Of a DNA stretch of 48,557 nucleotides, positions 26,263 through 37,369 are shown piece after piece; positions within the stretch are counted from its first letter, which is position 1; each line of letters opens with the position of its first letter. The position numbers and the translations under genes are program-made. The notes beneath the pieces were generated by a model. The model worked only from the letters and a program-made list of their open reading frames with translations. It did not search any database and was not told the origin of the DNA. This stretch comes from Eubacteriales bacterium (GTDB lineage: Bacteria > Bacillota > Clostridia > Peptostreptococcales > Anaerovoracaceae), in contig JAQUXD010000002.1 in NCBI GenBank assembly GCA_028692535.1, positions 1 to 48,557 of the forward strand. The letters run 5' to 3'.

Positions 26263-26378
26263 TTTAACAAAAGTTACACAAGTCTGGAGGCAAAACAGAA
26301 CAGGAAGAAACCGGCGAGGCGCAAGCGAAAGTGGGTCCGATCCTGTTTTATTTTTCGGGCGCGAAGGAGGAGATCCGA

Positions 26379-26690
26379 TTGGCGATAGAAAAAGTTTTGG
26401 AGATCAGAGAAGTCGAAGCGGAAGCACAAAAGATTCGTGCGGATGCAACAGACCAGGCGAAAAAGCTCATGGAGGAAGCTCGGCAGGACTTGATCGATGT
26501 GGCGGCCAAAGGCGAAGATCAGATCGCTGATATTTTCAGAGATAAGCTGGCAAAGGCCGAATCCGAGGCAAAGATCATCTACAACAGCGTTCTTTTAAGC
26601 GCGGAAAAGGATTGCGAGCTGCTTCAATCCCGGGCAGAAAAGAAAAAGGCAAAAGCCGTTGCCGTCATCATGGAAAGGATCGTGAATTAG
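26379..26690 (+). CDS. V/A-type ATPase small peripheral-stalk subunit (G/H-like, equivalent to E. hirae NtpF)
   Basis: About 103-aa charged alpha-helical protein in first position of the operon. I chose the in-frame TTG at 26379, 8 nt after GAAGGAGG, over the tracked ATG at 26331, which has no RBS. Confidence 0.6.
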   Translation: MAIEKVLEIREVEAEAQKIRADATDQAKKLMEEARQDLIDVAAKGEDQIADIFRDKLAKAESEAKIIYNSVLLSAEKDCELLQSRAEKKKAKAVAVIMERIVN

Positions 26691-28682
26691 TTGGCTATCG
26701 CTAAAATGGAAAAGCTGGCTGTCATTGGGCTTTCCAGTGAACAAGGCGCTTTCATAGAAGAGCTCATGCGCCTGGGCGTGGTGCAGATCAACGCTCAGGA
26801 ATCCAAGCTCTGCGACGAAAAGTGGAATGGGTTGATTCAAAAGGATGACGCCGGCAAATGGGTGTCCAAATGGGAAGCCGAATTGGACCGCATCGAAAAT
26901 GCGCTTATCCTGCTGGATCGGTTTATCGACAGAAAAGCACCTCTTATTCGGGAACGCGCCAGAATCAGCGAGCGGGAGTTCGACTCCACACTGGAATATG
27001 AATACGAGATCCGCCGGCAGATGCTTAGGCTCACGAAGCTTTCCAGGCGGTACAGTCATATGCTCCTTCGGGAGAATAAAGCGATCACGGCCAGACAGGC
27101 GCTTCTGCCCTGGCAGTCCTACGACATTCCGGCGCAGGACTACAAGACCCAGTCCACCCAGGTGTGGCAGGGCGTCATTCCCGGCATGAACGATTCTGCC
27201 GATTTCCTCAAAATACTCACAGACAAGACCGGTTATGCTGATGCGGAAGTGGTGCACAGCGATAACGAACAACATTACATTTCAGTAGTTTTCTATGAGC
27301 CTGCAGCCGAAGAGGTGCAGTGCGTTCTTCGAGATCTGGGCTTCAACCGGATCGCATTGCCCATCAACAGCGGTTCCGTCAAAGAAGCGATCGAAGAATT
27401 AGAGGCGCAGCTGGATGCGCTTCGGGACGAAAGAAAATCCATAGTGGAGCAGGTCCGCTCCTTTGAATCCTTTGAACCCACACTTAAAATGTACTATGAC
27501 GAGATTGCCATGCGCAAAGACCGCGCAGTGATCCGTGAAAAGTTTCTCGTGACAGACAGCACGTTTTATTTGGAAGGCTGGTATCCGAAAATAGCCAGAA
27601 AGAAAGTGGAAGCCCTGCTTCTGGATAGAAACTGCTATTACGAGATCACGCAGCCCGGGAAGGAAGAAGAGACGCCGGTCCTGCTCCTGAACAAAGGAAT
27701 CGTTCAGCCTTTTGAGGCCATCACCAAGCTCTACTCTCTCCCGGCCTCCCGCGGAATCGACGCCACACCCTTTTTCTCGTTTTTCTATGCCTTGTTTTTC
27801 GGCATGATGCTTTCCGATGCCGCCTACGGTATCATTATCACTGCGGGAACCTTTTTGATCCGCCGGAAATATCATTTGGAGGGCATGCTCAAGCAACTGG
27901 TCGACATGTTCTTCTTCTGTGGTATATCCACCACATTCTGGGGTCTCATGTTCGGCAGCTTTTTCGGAGACATCATTACACAGGTGTCGACGAATTTCTT
28001 CGGCCACGCCGTCCATTTCCCCACGTTATGGTTCAGTCCCATCAACGATCCGATGAAGCTGTTGTTTTTCTCTTTGGGCCTGGGCCTGATCCATGTATTT
28101 CTGGCCATGGGCATTTCGGCATATATGGCCATACGGGACGGACAGCCCATGGACGCGTTGTTCGACACAGGCTTCTGGTACATCCTGATCCTCAGCCTGA
28201 TCGGATATCTCGGCGGCGGTATGGTGGAAGGTGCTCCCGCCGCGCTCCCCGTGGTGTGCAAATGGCTTGCTTTGGGCTCGGCCCTTGGCATCGTCGCCAC
28301 CGGCGGACGTCAGAAAAAAGGCATCATCGGAAAAATCGTAGGCGGTCTCGGATCGCTGTACGGCATCACCGGTTATCTCTCTGATGTCCTGTCTTACTCA
28401 AGGATTTTGGCTCTGGGGCTGGCCACCGGGGTCATCTCTTCGGTGTTCAATACACTGGGAACGCTGGCCGGCAGCGGTCTCATGGGGGCGCTCGTCATGT
28501 TGCTGGCCTTTTGCATCGGCCATCCCTATAATATTGCGATCAACGCGCTGGGCTCATTTGTCCACTCTTGCAGACTCCAGTACGTGGAGTTTTTCGGACG
28601 GTTTTACCAGGGCGGCGGAGAAGGGTTCCGCCCGTTCTGCGAAAATACGAAATATGTCACTATTTTGAAGGAGGAACTATAA
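26691..28682 (+). CDS. ntpI: V-type ATP synthase subunit I (a-subunit)
   Basis: 663 aa with a soluble N-terminal half and a polytopic C-terminal half containing the conserved SYSRILALGLA arginine motif. Confidence 0.9.
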   Translation: MAIAKMEKLAVIGLSSEQGAFIEELMRLGVVQINAQESKLCDEKWNGLIQKDDAGKWVSKWEAELDRIENALILLDRFIDRKAPLIRERARISEREFDSTLEYEYEIRRQMLRLTKLSRRYSHMLLRENKAITARQALLPWQSYDIPAQDYKTQSTQVWQGVIPGMNDSADFLKILTDKTGYADAEVVHSDNEQHYISVVFYEPAAEEVQCVLRDLGFNRIALPINSGSVKEAIEELEAQLDALRDERKSIVEQVRSFESFEPTLKMYYDEIAMRKDRAVIREKFLVTDSTFYLEGWYPKIARKKVEALLLDRNCYYEITQPGKEEETPVLLLNKGIVQPFEAITKLYSLPASRGIDATPFFSFFYALFFGMMLSDAAYGIIITAGTFLIRRKYHLEGMLKQLVDMFFFCGISTTFWGLMFGSFFGDIITQVSTNFFGHAVHFPTLWFSPINDPMKLLFFSLGLGLIHVFLAMGISAYMAIRDGQPMDALFDTGFWYILILSLIGYLGGGMVEGAPAALPVVCKWLALGSALGIVATGGRQKKGIIGKIVGGLGSLYGITGYLSDVLSYSRILALGLATGVISSVFNTLGTLAGSGLMGALVMLLAFCIGHPYNIAINALGSFVHSCRLQYVEFFGRFYQGGGEGFRPFCENTKYVTILKEEL

Positions 28683-29168
<486 letters not shown>

Positions 29169-29184
29169 AAAAGGATATGGTGCA

Positions 29185-29760
29185 ATGAGCATTGAGCAGA
29201 TAAAAGACAAAATATTAGAGAGTGCGCAGCAGGATGCCCGACGAATCTTTGACAAGGCAAAAATGGAAAGCCGGGCAAAGGTTTACGAGGCGCAGCGCAT
29301 TGCTGATATCAAGATTCGGGAAGCAAAGGAGAAAGCCATCGGAGATGCGACGAGACTGAAGTCCCGTAAAGAATCCATGGCGAATCTGGAAGCCCGTAAA
29401 ATGCACCTTGCCACGAAGCAGGAAGTCATTTCGGCATGCTTCGAAGAAGCTCTTGCGGAATTGAGAAAACTGCCCGAAGACCGGTATCTTCAGCTTCTGG
29501 CCCACAAGCTGGAGGAGATGGACTACCGGGAGGGAGAGATCGTACTGAACAAAAGTGACCGGGACGCCATCGGTGAAAAACTGCTGGAGCAAGTGAACCG
29601 GGACGGCCGGCATTTTGTGTTGTCTTCGGATACGCTGGATGCGCTGGGCGGTTTTGTTCTGCGTATCGGCAGGATCGAACTGGATTCCACCCTGGAGATG
29701 ATGGTGTCTTCCGTGCGGGAAGCAGTGATGCCGGAAGTGGTCTCAGCATTGTTCGACTAG
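29185..29760 (+). CDS. ntpE: V-type ATP synthase subunit E
   Basis: 191 aa with a charged helical N terminus and a globular C terminus, in the operon position after K. Confidence 0.85.
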   Translation: MSIEQIKDKILESAQQDARRIFDKAKMESRAKVYEAQRIADIKIREAKEKAIGDATRLKSRKESMANLEARKMHLATKQEVISACFEEALAELRKLPEDRYLQLLAHKLEEMDYREGEIVLNKSDRDAIGEKLLEQVNRDGRHFVLSSDTLDALGGFVLRIGRIELDSTLEMMVSSVREAVMPEVVSALFD

Positions 29761-29793
29761 ACTGCCGGCGCCTCTGGGAAAGGAGACGAGATC

Positions 29794-30807
29794 TTGCAAT
29801 ATAAAAAGGAAGATTATATATTTGTATCCTCGTGCATCCGGGGCAAAGAACGGTTTCTTCTGGATGCGAAGGGAATCTCCAGGATGACTTCGGCCAAATC
29901 TCCCCAGGAAGCGGTGCGAGTTTTGGCTGACTACGGCTATCCTGTGGAGGATACCTGCCGGGGCGGAGATCTGAGCCAGCTGGACACGTTACTCAACCAG
30001 GCCCTCAGCGGCGCTTACAAGGAAGTGATTTCCATTCTTCCCGATCCCCGGGCGCTGGACGCCTTGCTATTGATTTACGATTATCATAACATCAAGGCGT
30101 TGATCAAAGCGGAAATGGCGGGAACCGATCCCGAAGACGCTTTGGTGGATATCGGAACGATTTCTCGGGAACAGTGGATCCATATCATGAGCGAACGCGA
30201 TTTCGTGACCCTTTCCTTCACCATGAAAAGCGCCATCGAATATGCGCTGGAAAGCTTTGCGAAGTCAAAGGATCCTCAGCACATTGATTTTATCCTGGAC
30301 CGGGCCTGTTATCTTGAAATGAAGGCAAAAGCAAAAGAGTCCGGCTGCGGATTTTTGGCCGAGTATGCCGTGCTGCTCATCGATTCCATCAATGTCAAGA
30401 CTTTCGCCCGAATTCGGGAGATGAAGGGTGACTGGGTCGCTTTCAACCGGGTATTTCTGCCGGGCGGGAACATTCCGGAAAGTCTCTTCGTCAACGGTTT
30501 CGACGAAGACTATATGCACTTTGCGGAAAAGCTGCTTCCTTATCACACCTTCGAGGATGTGATGCTGCGGGGCGGCACGCAGCTGTCGGATACGGGACGC
30601 TTTACGGAACTGGAGCGACTGAGCGACAATGCGATCCTGGAGTTCGCCACCAAGGCCAAGTATGTTCCTTACGGGCTGGAGGTTCCGGCTGCCTATCTGA
30701 TCGCCAAGGAGAACGAGATCCGTCTGGTACGGATCATCATTGCCGCCTTGGAACAGGATCTGAGCGCCGACCAGCTGAATGCCAGGATAAGGAGGACCTA
30801 TGTATAA
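29794..30807 (+). CDS. ntpC: V-type ATP synthase subunit C (d-subunit)
   Basis: 337 aa with a TTG start 8 nt after AGGAG. Called from its position between E and F and from an IYDYHNIKALIKA-type motif. Confidence 0.85.
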   Translation: MQYKKEDYIFVSSCIRGKERFLLDAKGISRMTSAKSPQEAVRVLADYGYPVEDTCRGGDLSQLDTLLNQALSGAYKEVISILPDPRALDALLLIYDYHNIKALIKAEMAGTDPEDALVDIGTISREQWIHIMSERDFVTLSFTMKSAIEYALESFAKSKDPQHIDFILDRACYLEMKAKAKESGCGFLAEYAVLLIDSINVKTFARIREMKGDWVAFNRVFLPGGNIPESLFVNGFDEDYMHFAEKLLPYHTFEDVMLRGGTQLSDTGRFTELERLSDNAILEFATKAKYVPYGLEVPAAYLIAKENEIRLVRIIIAALEQDLSADQLNARIRRTYV

Positions 30808-31126
30808 GATCGGAGTGATCGGTGACAAGCAGAGCGTTTCGGGCTTTCTCGCCGTGGGTCTTTCGGTTTTTCCCTGTGAAGACCTGGAAAAAGCCAAAGA
30901 GACGCTTCAGAAGCTGATCGATAAAAACGAATATGCTATCGTATATATCACAGAAAACTATTGCAAAGAGATGTCTCAGGAATTTGAAAAGTATAAGGAT
31001 TCGCAATTGCCGGCAATCATTCCCATTCCCGGAATGGACGGCAGCTACGGAGTCGGAGTGGGACGATCTAAAAAAGCGGTGGAACGCGCCGTTGGCGTCG
31101 ATATCATCTACGGGAACCAGGAGTAG
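30800..31126 (+). CDS. V-type ATP synthase subunit F
   Basis: 108 aa starting MYKIGVIGDKQSVSGF, typical of subunit F. Confidence 0.85.
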   Translation: MYKIGVIGDKQSVSGFLAVGLSVFPCEDLEKAKETLQKLIDKNEYAIVYITENYCKEMSQEFEKYKDSQLPAIIPIPGMDGSYGVGVGRSKKAVERAVGVDIIYGNQE

Positions 31127-31135
31127 AAAAGGCAG

Positions 31136-32926
31136 GTGAAAATAGCAGTGAAACAAGGGAAAGTAGTCAAGGTCTCAGGACCTTTGGTCATCGCCGACGG
31201 TATGCAGGACGCTGACATGTTCGATGTGGTGCGCGTGGGAAAAGACGGTTTGATCGGTGAGATCATAGAAATGCACCAGGATCGTGCTTCCATTCAGGTA
31301 TACGAAGAGACTGCCGGGCTGGGCCCCGGCGCGCAAGTGGTTACTACCGGTGCGCCTCTCTCGGTGGAATTGGGACCGGGATTGATCGAGAATATTTACG
31401 ACGGCATTCAGCGACCGCTCAATGCCATGCTGGAAAAAGCGGGCCCCAACATCACCAGAGGCATCCGCGTCGATGCGCTTCCCAGAGATAAGCAATGGGA
31501 TTTCGAACCGACGGTAAAAAAAGGAGATGTGCTTCAGGCCGGCGACGTGATCGGAACGGTGCAGGAGACTGTCACCGTGCTTCATCGTGTCATGATCCCC
31601 ATCGGCGTGGGCGGAAAGGTCACCGAAATCAAAAAGGGAAGCTTTACCGTAACGGACACAGTGTGCGTCCTGGAGGACGACAACGGTCGTTCTGTGGATG
31701 TGATGATGATGCAGAAATGGCCGGTCCGGCGCGGCAGGCCATATAAAGAAAAACTCGTGCCGGAAATGCCGCTGATCACGGGTCAGCGGGTCATCGATAC
31801 GCTTTTTCCCATCGCCAAAGGCGGCGTAGCCGCAGTGCCCGGTCCTTTCGGAAGCGGAAAGACCGTCGTTCAGCATCAGTTGGCCAAGTGGGCGGATGCA
31901 GACATCGTGGTTTATATCGGTTGCGGCGAACGGGGCAACGAGATGACCGACGTGCTCATGGAATTCCCCGAACTGAGAGATCCCAAATCCGGCGAGCCGT
32001 TGATGAAACGGACCGTGTTGATCGCCAATACCTCGGATATGCCTGTGGCTGCCCGGGAAGCTTCCATATACACAGGGATTACCATCGCAGAATATTTCCG
32101 GGATATGGGGTATTCCGTCGCTCTGATGGCCGACTCCACTTCCCGTTGGGCGGAAGCGCTTCGGGAAATGTCCGGCCGGCTGGAAGAGATGCCCGGTGAA
32201 GAAGGCTACCCGGCGTACCTGGCCTCCCGTCTGGCCCAGTTCTACGAAAGAGCCGGCCGGGTGATCGCCCTGGGATCGGACGACAGGGAGGGCGCTCTGT
32301 CGGCCATCGGCGCTGTATCTCCGCCGGGCGGCGACATTTCCGAGCCGGTATCTCAGGCCACGCTGCGGATTGTCAAAGTATTTTGGAATCTGGACTCGAC
32401 CCTGGCCTATGCCCGTCATTTTCCGGCTATCAACTGGCTGACCAGCTATTCGCTGTACATCGACCGGTTGATGCCTTGGTACGCGGAAAACGTCAACAAG
32501 GACTTTCCGGTGCTGCGGCAAAAGACCATGCGCATGCTCCAGGAGGAAGCCGAGCTGCAGGAAATCGTCCAGCTGGTTGGCCAGGACGCCCTGTCCTTTG
32601 CCGACCGACTCAAACTGGAGGCTTGCAAATCCATTCGTGAGGACTATCTGCACCAGAACGCATTCCACGAGATCGACACCTATGCGTCGCCGGAAAAGCA
32701 ATACATGCTGCTGAAACTGATCACCAATTTTTATGAGCTGAGCCGGGATGCCATCGAGCAGGGCGCCAGCTACAACGCGCTGATCCATCTGCCTGTCCGG
32801 GAATCCATCGGGCGATTCAAGTATGTCAAGGAGGACGAGGCGGAAACCTATTATCAACATATTGCGGAAGAGCTGGAAGAAGACGTCCGCGAATTGATCA
32901 GCAAAGGGGGAGATGCAAATGATTAA
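31136..32926 (+). CDS. ntpA: V-type ATP synthase catalytic subunit A
   Basis: 596 aa with Walker A GPFGSGKT and the non-homologous insert region. GTG start. Confidence 0.95.
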   Translation: MKIAVKQGKVVKVSGPLVIADGMQDADMFDVVRVGKDGLIGEIIEMHQDRASIQVYEETAGLGPGAQVVTTGAPLSVELGPGLIENIYDGIQRPLNAMLEKAGPNITRGIRVDALPRDKQWDFEPTVKKGDVLQAGDVIGTVQETVTVLHRVMIPIGVGGKVTEIKKGSFTVTDTVCVLEDDNGRSVDVMMMQKWPVRRGRPYKEKLVPEMPLITGQRVIDTLFPIAKGGVAAVPGPFGSGKTVVQHQLAKWADADIVVYIGCGERGNEMTDVLMEFPELRDPKSGEPLMKRTVLIANTSDMPVAAREASIYTGITIAEYFRDMGYSVALMADSTSRWAEALREMSGRLEEMPGEEGYPAYLASRLAQFYERAGRVIALGSDDREGALSAIGAVSPPGGDISEPVSQATLRIVKVFWNLDSTLAYARHFPAINWLTSYSLYIDRLMPWYAENVNKDFPVLRQKTMRMLQEEAELQEIVQLVGQDALSFADRLKLEACKSIREDYLHQNAFHEIDTYASPEKQYMLLKLITNFYELSRDAIEQGASYNALIHLPVRESIGRFKYVKEDEAETYYQHIAEELEEDVRELISKGGDAND

Positions 32927-34352
32927 AGAGTATAAAAGCATTTCGGAAGTTGCGGGCCCCTTGATGCTCGTAAAGGATGTCGAAGGCGTCACCTATGACG
33001 AACTGGGCGAGATCATTCTCCCCGACGGCACCGTAAGACAGTGCAAGGTACTGGAAGTGAACGGCGCCAACGCATTGGTGCAGTTGTTTGAAAGCGCAGC
33101 CGGAATCAATCTTGCCGAGAGCAGAGTTCGGTTTTTGGGCAAAGGCATCGAGCTGGGCGTCTCCGAAGATATGCTGGGCCGGGTTTTTGACGGCCTGGGC
33201 CGGGCCAATGACGATGGTCCGGACATCATACCGGAAAAATATCTGGACATCAACGGATTGCCTATGAATCCGGCAGCCAGAGACTATCCCGCAGAATTCA
33301 TCCAGACCGGCGTGTCGGCCATCGACGGCCTCAATACCTTGGTCCGTGGGCAGAAACTGCCTATTTTCTCGGGCTCCGGTCTGCCCCATGCCAATCTGGC
33401 CGCGCAGATCGCGCGTCAGGCTAAAGTGCTGGGCGGCGACAGCAAGTTTGCCGTCGTTTTCGCAGCCATCGGCATCACTTTCGAAGAAGCAGATTTCTTT
33501 ATCAGCGATTTCAGACGGACCGGCGCCATCGACCGGACGGTCCTGTTCACCAATCTGGCCAACGATCCGGCCATCGAACGGATCGCCACGCCGCGTATTG
33601 CCCTGACTGCGGCCGAATATCTGGCCTTTGAAAAAGGGATGCACGTACTGGTCATCCTGACGGATATCACGAATTACGCAGAAGCCCTGCGTGAGGTCTC
33701 GGCTGCCAGAAAAGAAGTGCCCGGCCGTCGCGGTTATCCTGGCTATATGTATACGGATCTGGCGACGCTGTACGAGAGAGCCGGCAGAAAGAAGCAGCAT
33801 CAGGGTTCCATCACCATGATCCCGATCCTGACCATGCCCGAAGACGACAAGACCCATCCCATCCCCGACCTGACCGGATACATTACGGAAGGCCAGATCA
33901 TTCTGTCCCGGGAATTGCACCGGAAGGGCGTTGTGCCGCCCATCGACGTGCTGCCGTCCCTTTCCAGACTCAAGGACAAGGGCATCGGACGAGGCAAGAC
34001 CAGGGAGGACCATGCCGACACCATGAATCAGTTGTTTGCAGCATATTCCAGCGGAAAGCAGAGCAAGGAGCTCATGGCGATCTTGGGCGAAGCGGCTCTG
34101 ACGGAAGTGGATCTGCTCTTTGCGAAGTTTGCAGACGAATTTGAAAAAGAATATGTCTCCCAGGGCTTTGAAGCAGAAAGAGATATCGAAGAGACGCTGA
34201 ATCTGGGATGGAAGCTTTTGGGTCTCCTGCCCAGAGAAGAACTGAAGCGTGTGCGGGACGAATATCTGGATCGATATCTGCCTGTCGGTCCTTCGGAGGA
34301 ACCCTCTCCGGAAGAAACGTCCGGGGATGATTCCGAAGAAGACGACCAGTAA
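32919..34352 (+). CDS. ntpB: V-type ATP synthase subunit B
   Basis: [19 protein letters not shown] terminus. I chose the ATG at 32919, 6 nt after GGGGGAG, over 32913. The C-terminal acidic tail is unusual. Confidence 0.93.
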   Translation: MIKEYKSISEVAGPLMLVKDVEGVTYDELGEIILPDGTVRQCKVLEVNGANALVQLFESAAGINLAESRVRFLGKGIELGVSEDMLGRVFDGLGRANDDGPDIIPEKYLDINGLPMNPAARDYPAEFIQTGVSAIDGLNTLVRGQKLPIFSGSGLPHANLAAQIARQAKVLGGDSKFAVVFAAIGITFEEADFFISDFRRTGAIDRTVLFTNLANDPAIERIATPRIALTAAEYLAFEKGMHVLVILTDITNYAEALREVSAARKEVPGRRGYPGYMYTDLATLYERAGRKKQHQGSITMIPILTMPEDDKTHPIPDLTGYITEGQIILSRELHRKGVVPPIDVLPSLSRLKDKGIGRGKTREDHADTMNQLFAAYSSGKQSKELMAILGEAALTEVDLLFAKFADEFEKEYVSQGFEAERDIEETLNLGWKLLGLLPREELKRVRDEYLDRYLPVGPSEEPSPEETSGDDSEEDDQ

Positions 34353-34366
34353 AGGGGGTATAGCGC

Positions 34367-35053
34367 ATGGCACGAATGAATGTCAATCCCACCCGGATGG
34401 TCCTCACTTCTCTCAAGAGAAAGCTGACGGTGGCCAAACGCGGCCACAAGCTCATGAAGGACAAGCGGGACGAACTCATGAAGCAGTTTCTGGAGCTGGC
34501 CAGGGAGAATAAAGTTCTCCGGGAATCAGTGGAAAAAGAGCTTATGGAAGTTTATGGGAGCTTTGCCATTGCCAGTGCGGTCATGAGTCCACAGCTGATG
34601 TCCGAGGCGTTGATGTACCCCACACAGGGTGTGGATATCGACGTGAGCAGTAAAAATGTAATGAGTGTCAACGTACCGGTCTTCGCGTTTACGGCAGAAG
34701 AAGCCGAAGGTGCCAACATCTACCCTTACGGGTTTGCCGGAACCTCCGGCGAATTGGACAGCGCTGTCAAGAGTCTTAGCCGCGTATTTCCGAGGATGCT
34801 GGAACTGGCAGGCAAGGAAAAGCAGGCGGATCTCATGGCCCAGGAAATCGAAAAGACCCGTCGCCGGGTCAACGCGCTGGAATACGTCATGATCCCCAGG
34901 CTTACCGAGACCATCCGCTATATACGCATGAAGCTGGACGAAAACGAGCGGGGCAATCAGACCCGGCTCATGAAGGTGAAGGATATGATGGTCCAAGCCG
35001 CTTTGATCGAAAGGCGGAAGGAGACTGAAAAAGCATTGGAAGAGTATCATTAA
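34367..35053 (+). CDS. ntpD: V-type ATP synthase subunit D
   Basis: MNVNPTRMVLTSLKRKL and RRVNALEYVMIP motifs. Confidence 0.92.
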   Translation: MARMNVNPTRMVLTSLKRKLTVAKRGHKLMKDKRDELMKQFLELARENKVLRESVEKELMEVYGSFAIASAVMSPQLMSEALMYPTQGVDIDVSSKNVMSVNVPVFAFTAEEAEGANIYPYGFAGTSGELDSAVKSLSRVFPRMLELAGKEKQADLMAQEIEKTRRRVNALEYVMIPRLTETIRYIRMKLDENERGNQTRLMKVKDMMVQAALIERRKETEKALEEYH

Positions 35054-35066
35054 TCAAGAATCAGAT

Positions 35067-35113
35067 ACCTGTCTCCGGGCGAGATTTCTTCGACCGGAGG
35101 CAGGTCTTTTTTT
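35067..35113 (+). terminator. intrinsic terminator of the V-ATPase operon
   Basis: 12-bp stem ACCTGTCTCCGG / CCGGAGGCAGGT followed by CTTTTTTT. Confidence 0.8.
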
Positions 35114-35134
35114 GAGTTTTTTTCCGAGCATCGA

Positions 35135-35163
35135 TTGTGTTGACGAAGGCTTTTTGCTATAAT
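35135..35163 (+). promoter_or_regulatory. candidate extended -10 promoter for pyrB
   Basis: TTGTGT, 17-nt spacer, TGcTATAAT (TATAAT at 35158-35163). The nearby TTGACG at 35140 sits only 12 nt from the -10. Confidence 0.5.
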
Positions 35164-35192
35164 GGTAAAAATTGCGGGAAGGAGGTACGCGT

Positions 35193-36062
35193 ATGGCCAA
35201 TTTGTTTTCTCTGGCAGATCTGAGTATCCCGGAGGTCAATAAAATATTAAACAGGGCGGAAGCGTTTTTAGACGGCGCACAAAGCAGGGCGGCAGAGGAC
35301 AAAGTCATTGCCAGCCTTTTTTTTGAGCCCAGTACCCGGACGCAACAATCTTTTTCCATGGCGGCTTGCAGGCTGGGCGCCAAAGTGCTGACCTTCAACG
35401 CTGACAGCTCTTCCATGCAAAAGGGAGAGACGTTTTACGATACGGTCAGAACGTTCGAAGAGATCGGTTCGGATGCCCTCATCATTCGCCATAAGGAAAA
35501 CGCGTATTATAAAAAATTAACCGGTGTAAAGGTGCCCATCTTGTCCGGCGGCGACGGAACGGGGAATCATCCCACCCAGAGCCTTTTGGATCTGATGACG
35601 ATCCGACAGGAGTTCGGAGGCTTCGAAGGCCTAAGGATCTGTATCGTCGGAGACATTCTTCACAGCCGGGTCGCCCACACCAATATCGAGATCATGCGTC
35701 GGCTTGGCATGGACGTCTATACTTCGGGGCCGGAAGAATTCAGAGAAGAAGGCTGCGATTTCATTGAATTTTCCAAAGCCTTGGAAACGATGGACATTCT
35801 GATGCTCCTGCGTATTCAGCATGAACGGCTGACCGGAAGCATGCAGACGACTGCGGAAGAATACAACAGGGATTTCGGCTTGAGTCTTTCCCGCTGCGGA
35901 CGAATGAAAGACGGAGCTATCATCATGCACCCGGCGCCCTTCAACAGAGGCGTGGAGATCGATGACGAAGTGGTGGAAGGCCCGCGTTCCCGGATCTTTA
36001 AGCAGATCAGAAACGGCGTATTTGTGCGGATGGCGGTGATAGAAAGGGCGTTTTCGGAATGA
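35193..36062 (+). CDS. pyrB: aspartate carbamoyltransferase catalytic subunit
   Basis: FFEPSTRTQ, HPTQ and MHPAPFNRGVEI motifs. The ATG at 35193 follows GGAAGGAGG. Confidence 0.92.
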   Translation: MANLFSLADLSIPEVNKILNRAEAFLDGAQSRAAEDKVIASLFFEPSTRTQQSFSMAACRLGAKVLTFNADSSSMQKGETFYDTVRTFEEIGSDALIIRHKENAYYKKLTGVKVPILSGGDGTGNHPTQSLLDLMTIRQEFGGFEGLRICIVGDILHSRVAHTNIEIMRRLGMDVYTSGPEEFREEGCDFIEFSKALETMDILMLLRIQHERLTGSMQTTAEEYNRDFGLSLSRCGRMKDGAIIMHPAPFNRGVEIDDEVVEGPRSRIFKQIRNGVFVRMAVIERAFSE

Positions 36063-37336
36063 AAGATCTGCTGATTCAAAACGGAAATGTCTATAGAGAG
36101 GGCGGTTTTCGAAGAGCGGATCTTCTGATCCGCAACGGAGTGCTGCATTCCGTTGCGGATCAGATCACGCCTTCTGAGGGAACAGAGGTCGTGAATGCCG
36201 AGCATCGATATGTTTTGCCGGGTCTTGCCGATATTCACGTCCATCTTCGGGAGCCCGGTTTTTCCTATAAGGAGACCATCGCCACGGGAACTGCCGCCGC
36301 CGCCCGGGGCGGCTTTACCCTGGTGTGCGCCATGCCCAATCTGGATCCCGTGCCCGACTGCGGGGCGCATCTGGCGATGGAGCAGGATCTGATCGACCGG
36401 GGCGCTCGGATCAAAGTGCTTCCTTATGCGGCTATCACACTGGGACAGCAGGGAGAGTCGCTGGTGGACATGGATGCGCTGGCAGAGCGATGTGTCGCGT
36501 TTTCCGATGACGGTCGCGGCGTCCGGGATCCGGCTGTGATGCGCAGCGCCATGGATCAGGCCCGCCGCCTGAACAAGTTGATCGCCGCCCACTGCGAGGA
36601 TGACAGTCTGATTCCCGCCGGCGCCTGCATTCACGACGGAGAATATGCCAAAGCCAACAGGCTGCCGGGGATCCCTTCCGCTTCGGAATATGCTCCGGTC
36701 CGACGAGATATCGCGTTGGTCGAAGAGACAGGCTGCCGTTATCATATTTGTCACGTTTCCTGCCGGGAATCTGTTCAGGCGATCCGGGAGGCTAAAAAGA
36801 AAGGTCTGCCGGTCAGCGGAGAAACAGCGCCTCACTACCTGGCTTTTTGCGATGAAGATCTGCGTGATGAAGGTCGATTCAAAATGAATCCTCCCCTGCG
36901 CAGCCCATCGGACCGGGCGGAATTGATTCGTGGCATCCGAGACGGCACGCTGGAGATCATTGCCACGGATCATGCGCCCCACAGCGCGGAAGAAAAATCC
37001 CGGAATCTACGGGAGAGCCTCATGGGCGTCGTCGGATTGGAGATTAGCTTCGCAGCGGCAAACACCTATCTCTGCAAGGCCGGGCACATCGATTTGGAGC
37101 GCCTTGTGGAGCTGATGAGTCTCAATCCCAGAAGATTGCTGGGGCTGCCTGCCGGCATCCATATGGGGCATCCTGCGGATCTGGTGATCGTGGATCCGGA
37201 CCGGGAGATTTTCGTCGATCCGTCGCGCTTTGAATCCAAAGGCCGGGCGACTCCCTTCGACGGCTGTACATTGTACGGCGACATTCTATTGACAATATAC
37301 GATGGATCCATCGTGTATCGGAATACTGCTTTTTAA
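36059..37336 (+). CDS. pyrC: dihydroorotase
   Basis: DIHVHLREPG metal motif and ATDHAPH motif. ATGA overlap with pyrB. Confidence 0.92.
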   Translation: MKDLLIQNGNVYREGGFRRADLLIRNGVLHSVADQITPSEGTEVVNAEHRYVLPGLADIHVHLREPGFSYKETIATGTAAAARGGFTLVCAMPNLDPVPDCGAHLAMEQDLIDRGARIKVLPYAAITLGQQGESLVDMDALAERCVAFSDDGRGVRDPAVMRSAMDQARRLNKLIAAHCEDDSLIPAGACIHDGEYAKANRLPGIPSASEYAPVRRDIALVEETGCRYHICHVSCRESVQAIREAKKKGLPVSGETAPHYLAFCDEDLRDEGRFKMNPPLRSPSDRAELIRGIRDGTLEIIATDHAPHSAEEKSRNLRESLMGVVGLEISFAAANTYLCKAGHIDLERLVELMSLNPRRLLGLPAGIHMGHPADLVIVDPDREIFVDPSRFESKGRATPFDGCTLYGDILLTIYDGSIVYRNTAF

Positions 37337-37369
37337 CTAAGTGCATGAGACACTGGAAAAGAGGAACAA

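Noticed and set aside
26174-26530. 118-aa and 64-aa ORFs overlapping the V-ATPase promoter and first gene
   Set aside because: They are out of frame with the stalk subunit, Arg/Gly-rich and lack an RBS. They also span the predicted promoter.
31175-34373. 605-aa and 491-aa minus-strand ORFs
   Set aside because: They are antisense to the V-ATPase A and B subunits. They have no recognisable motifs and no RBS, so they are a GC-rich antisense artefact.
35114-35192. PyrR-binding attenuator upstream of pyrB
   Set aside because: There is no ARUCCAGAGAGG-type binding loop and no terminator/antiterminator pair. The promoter sits about 30 nt from the start codon.
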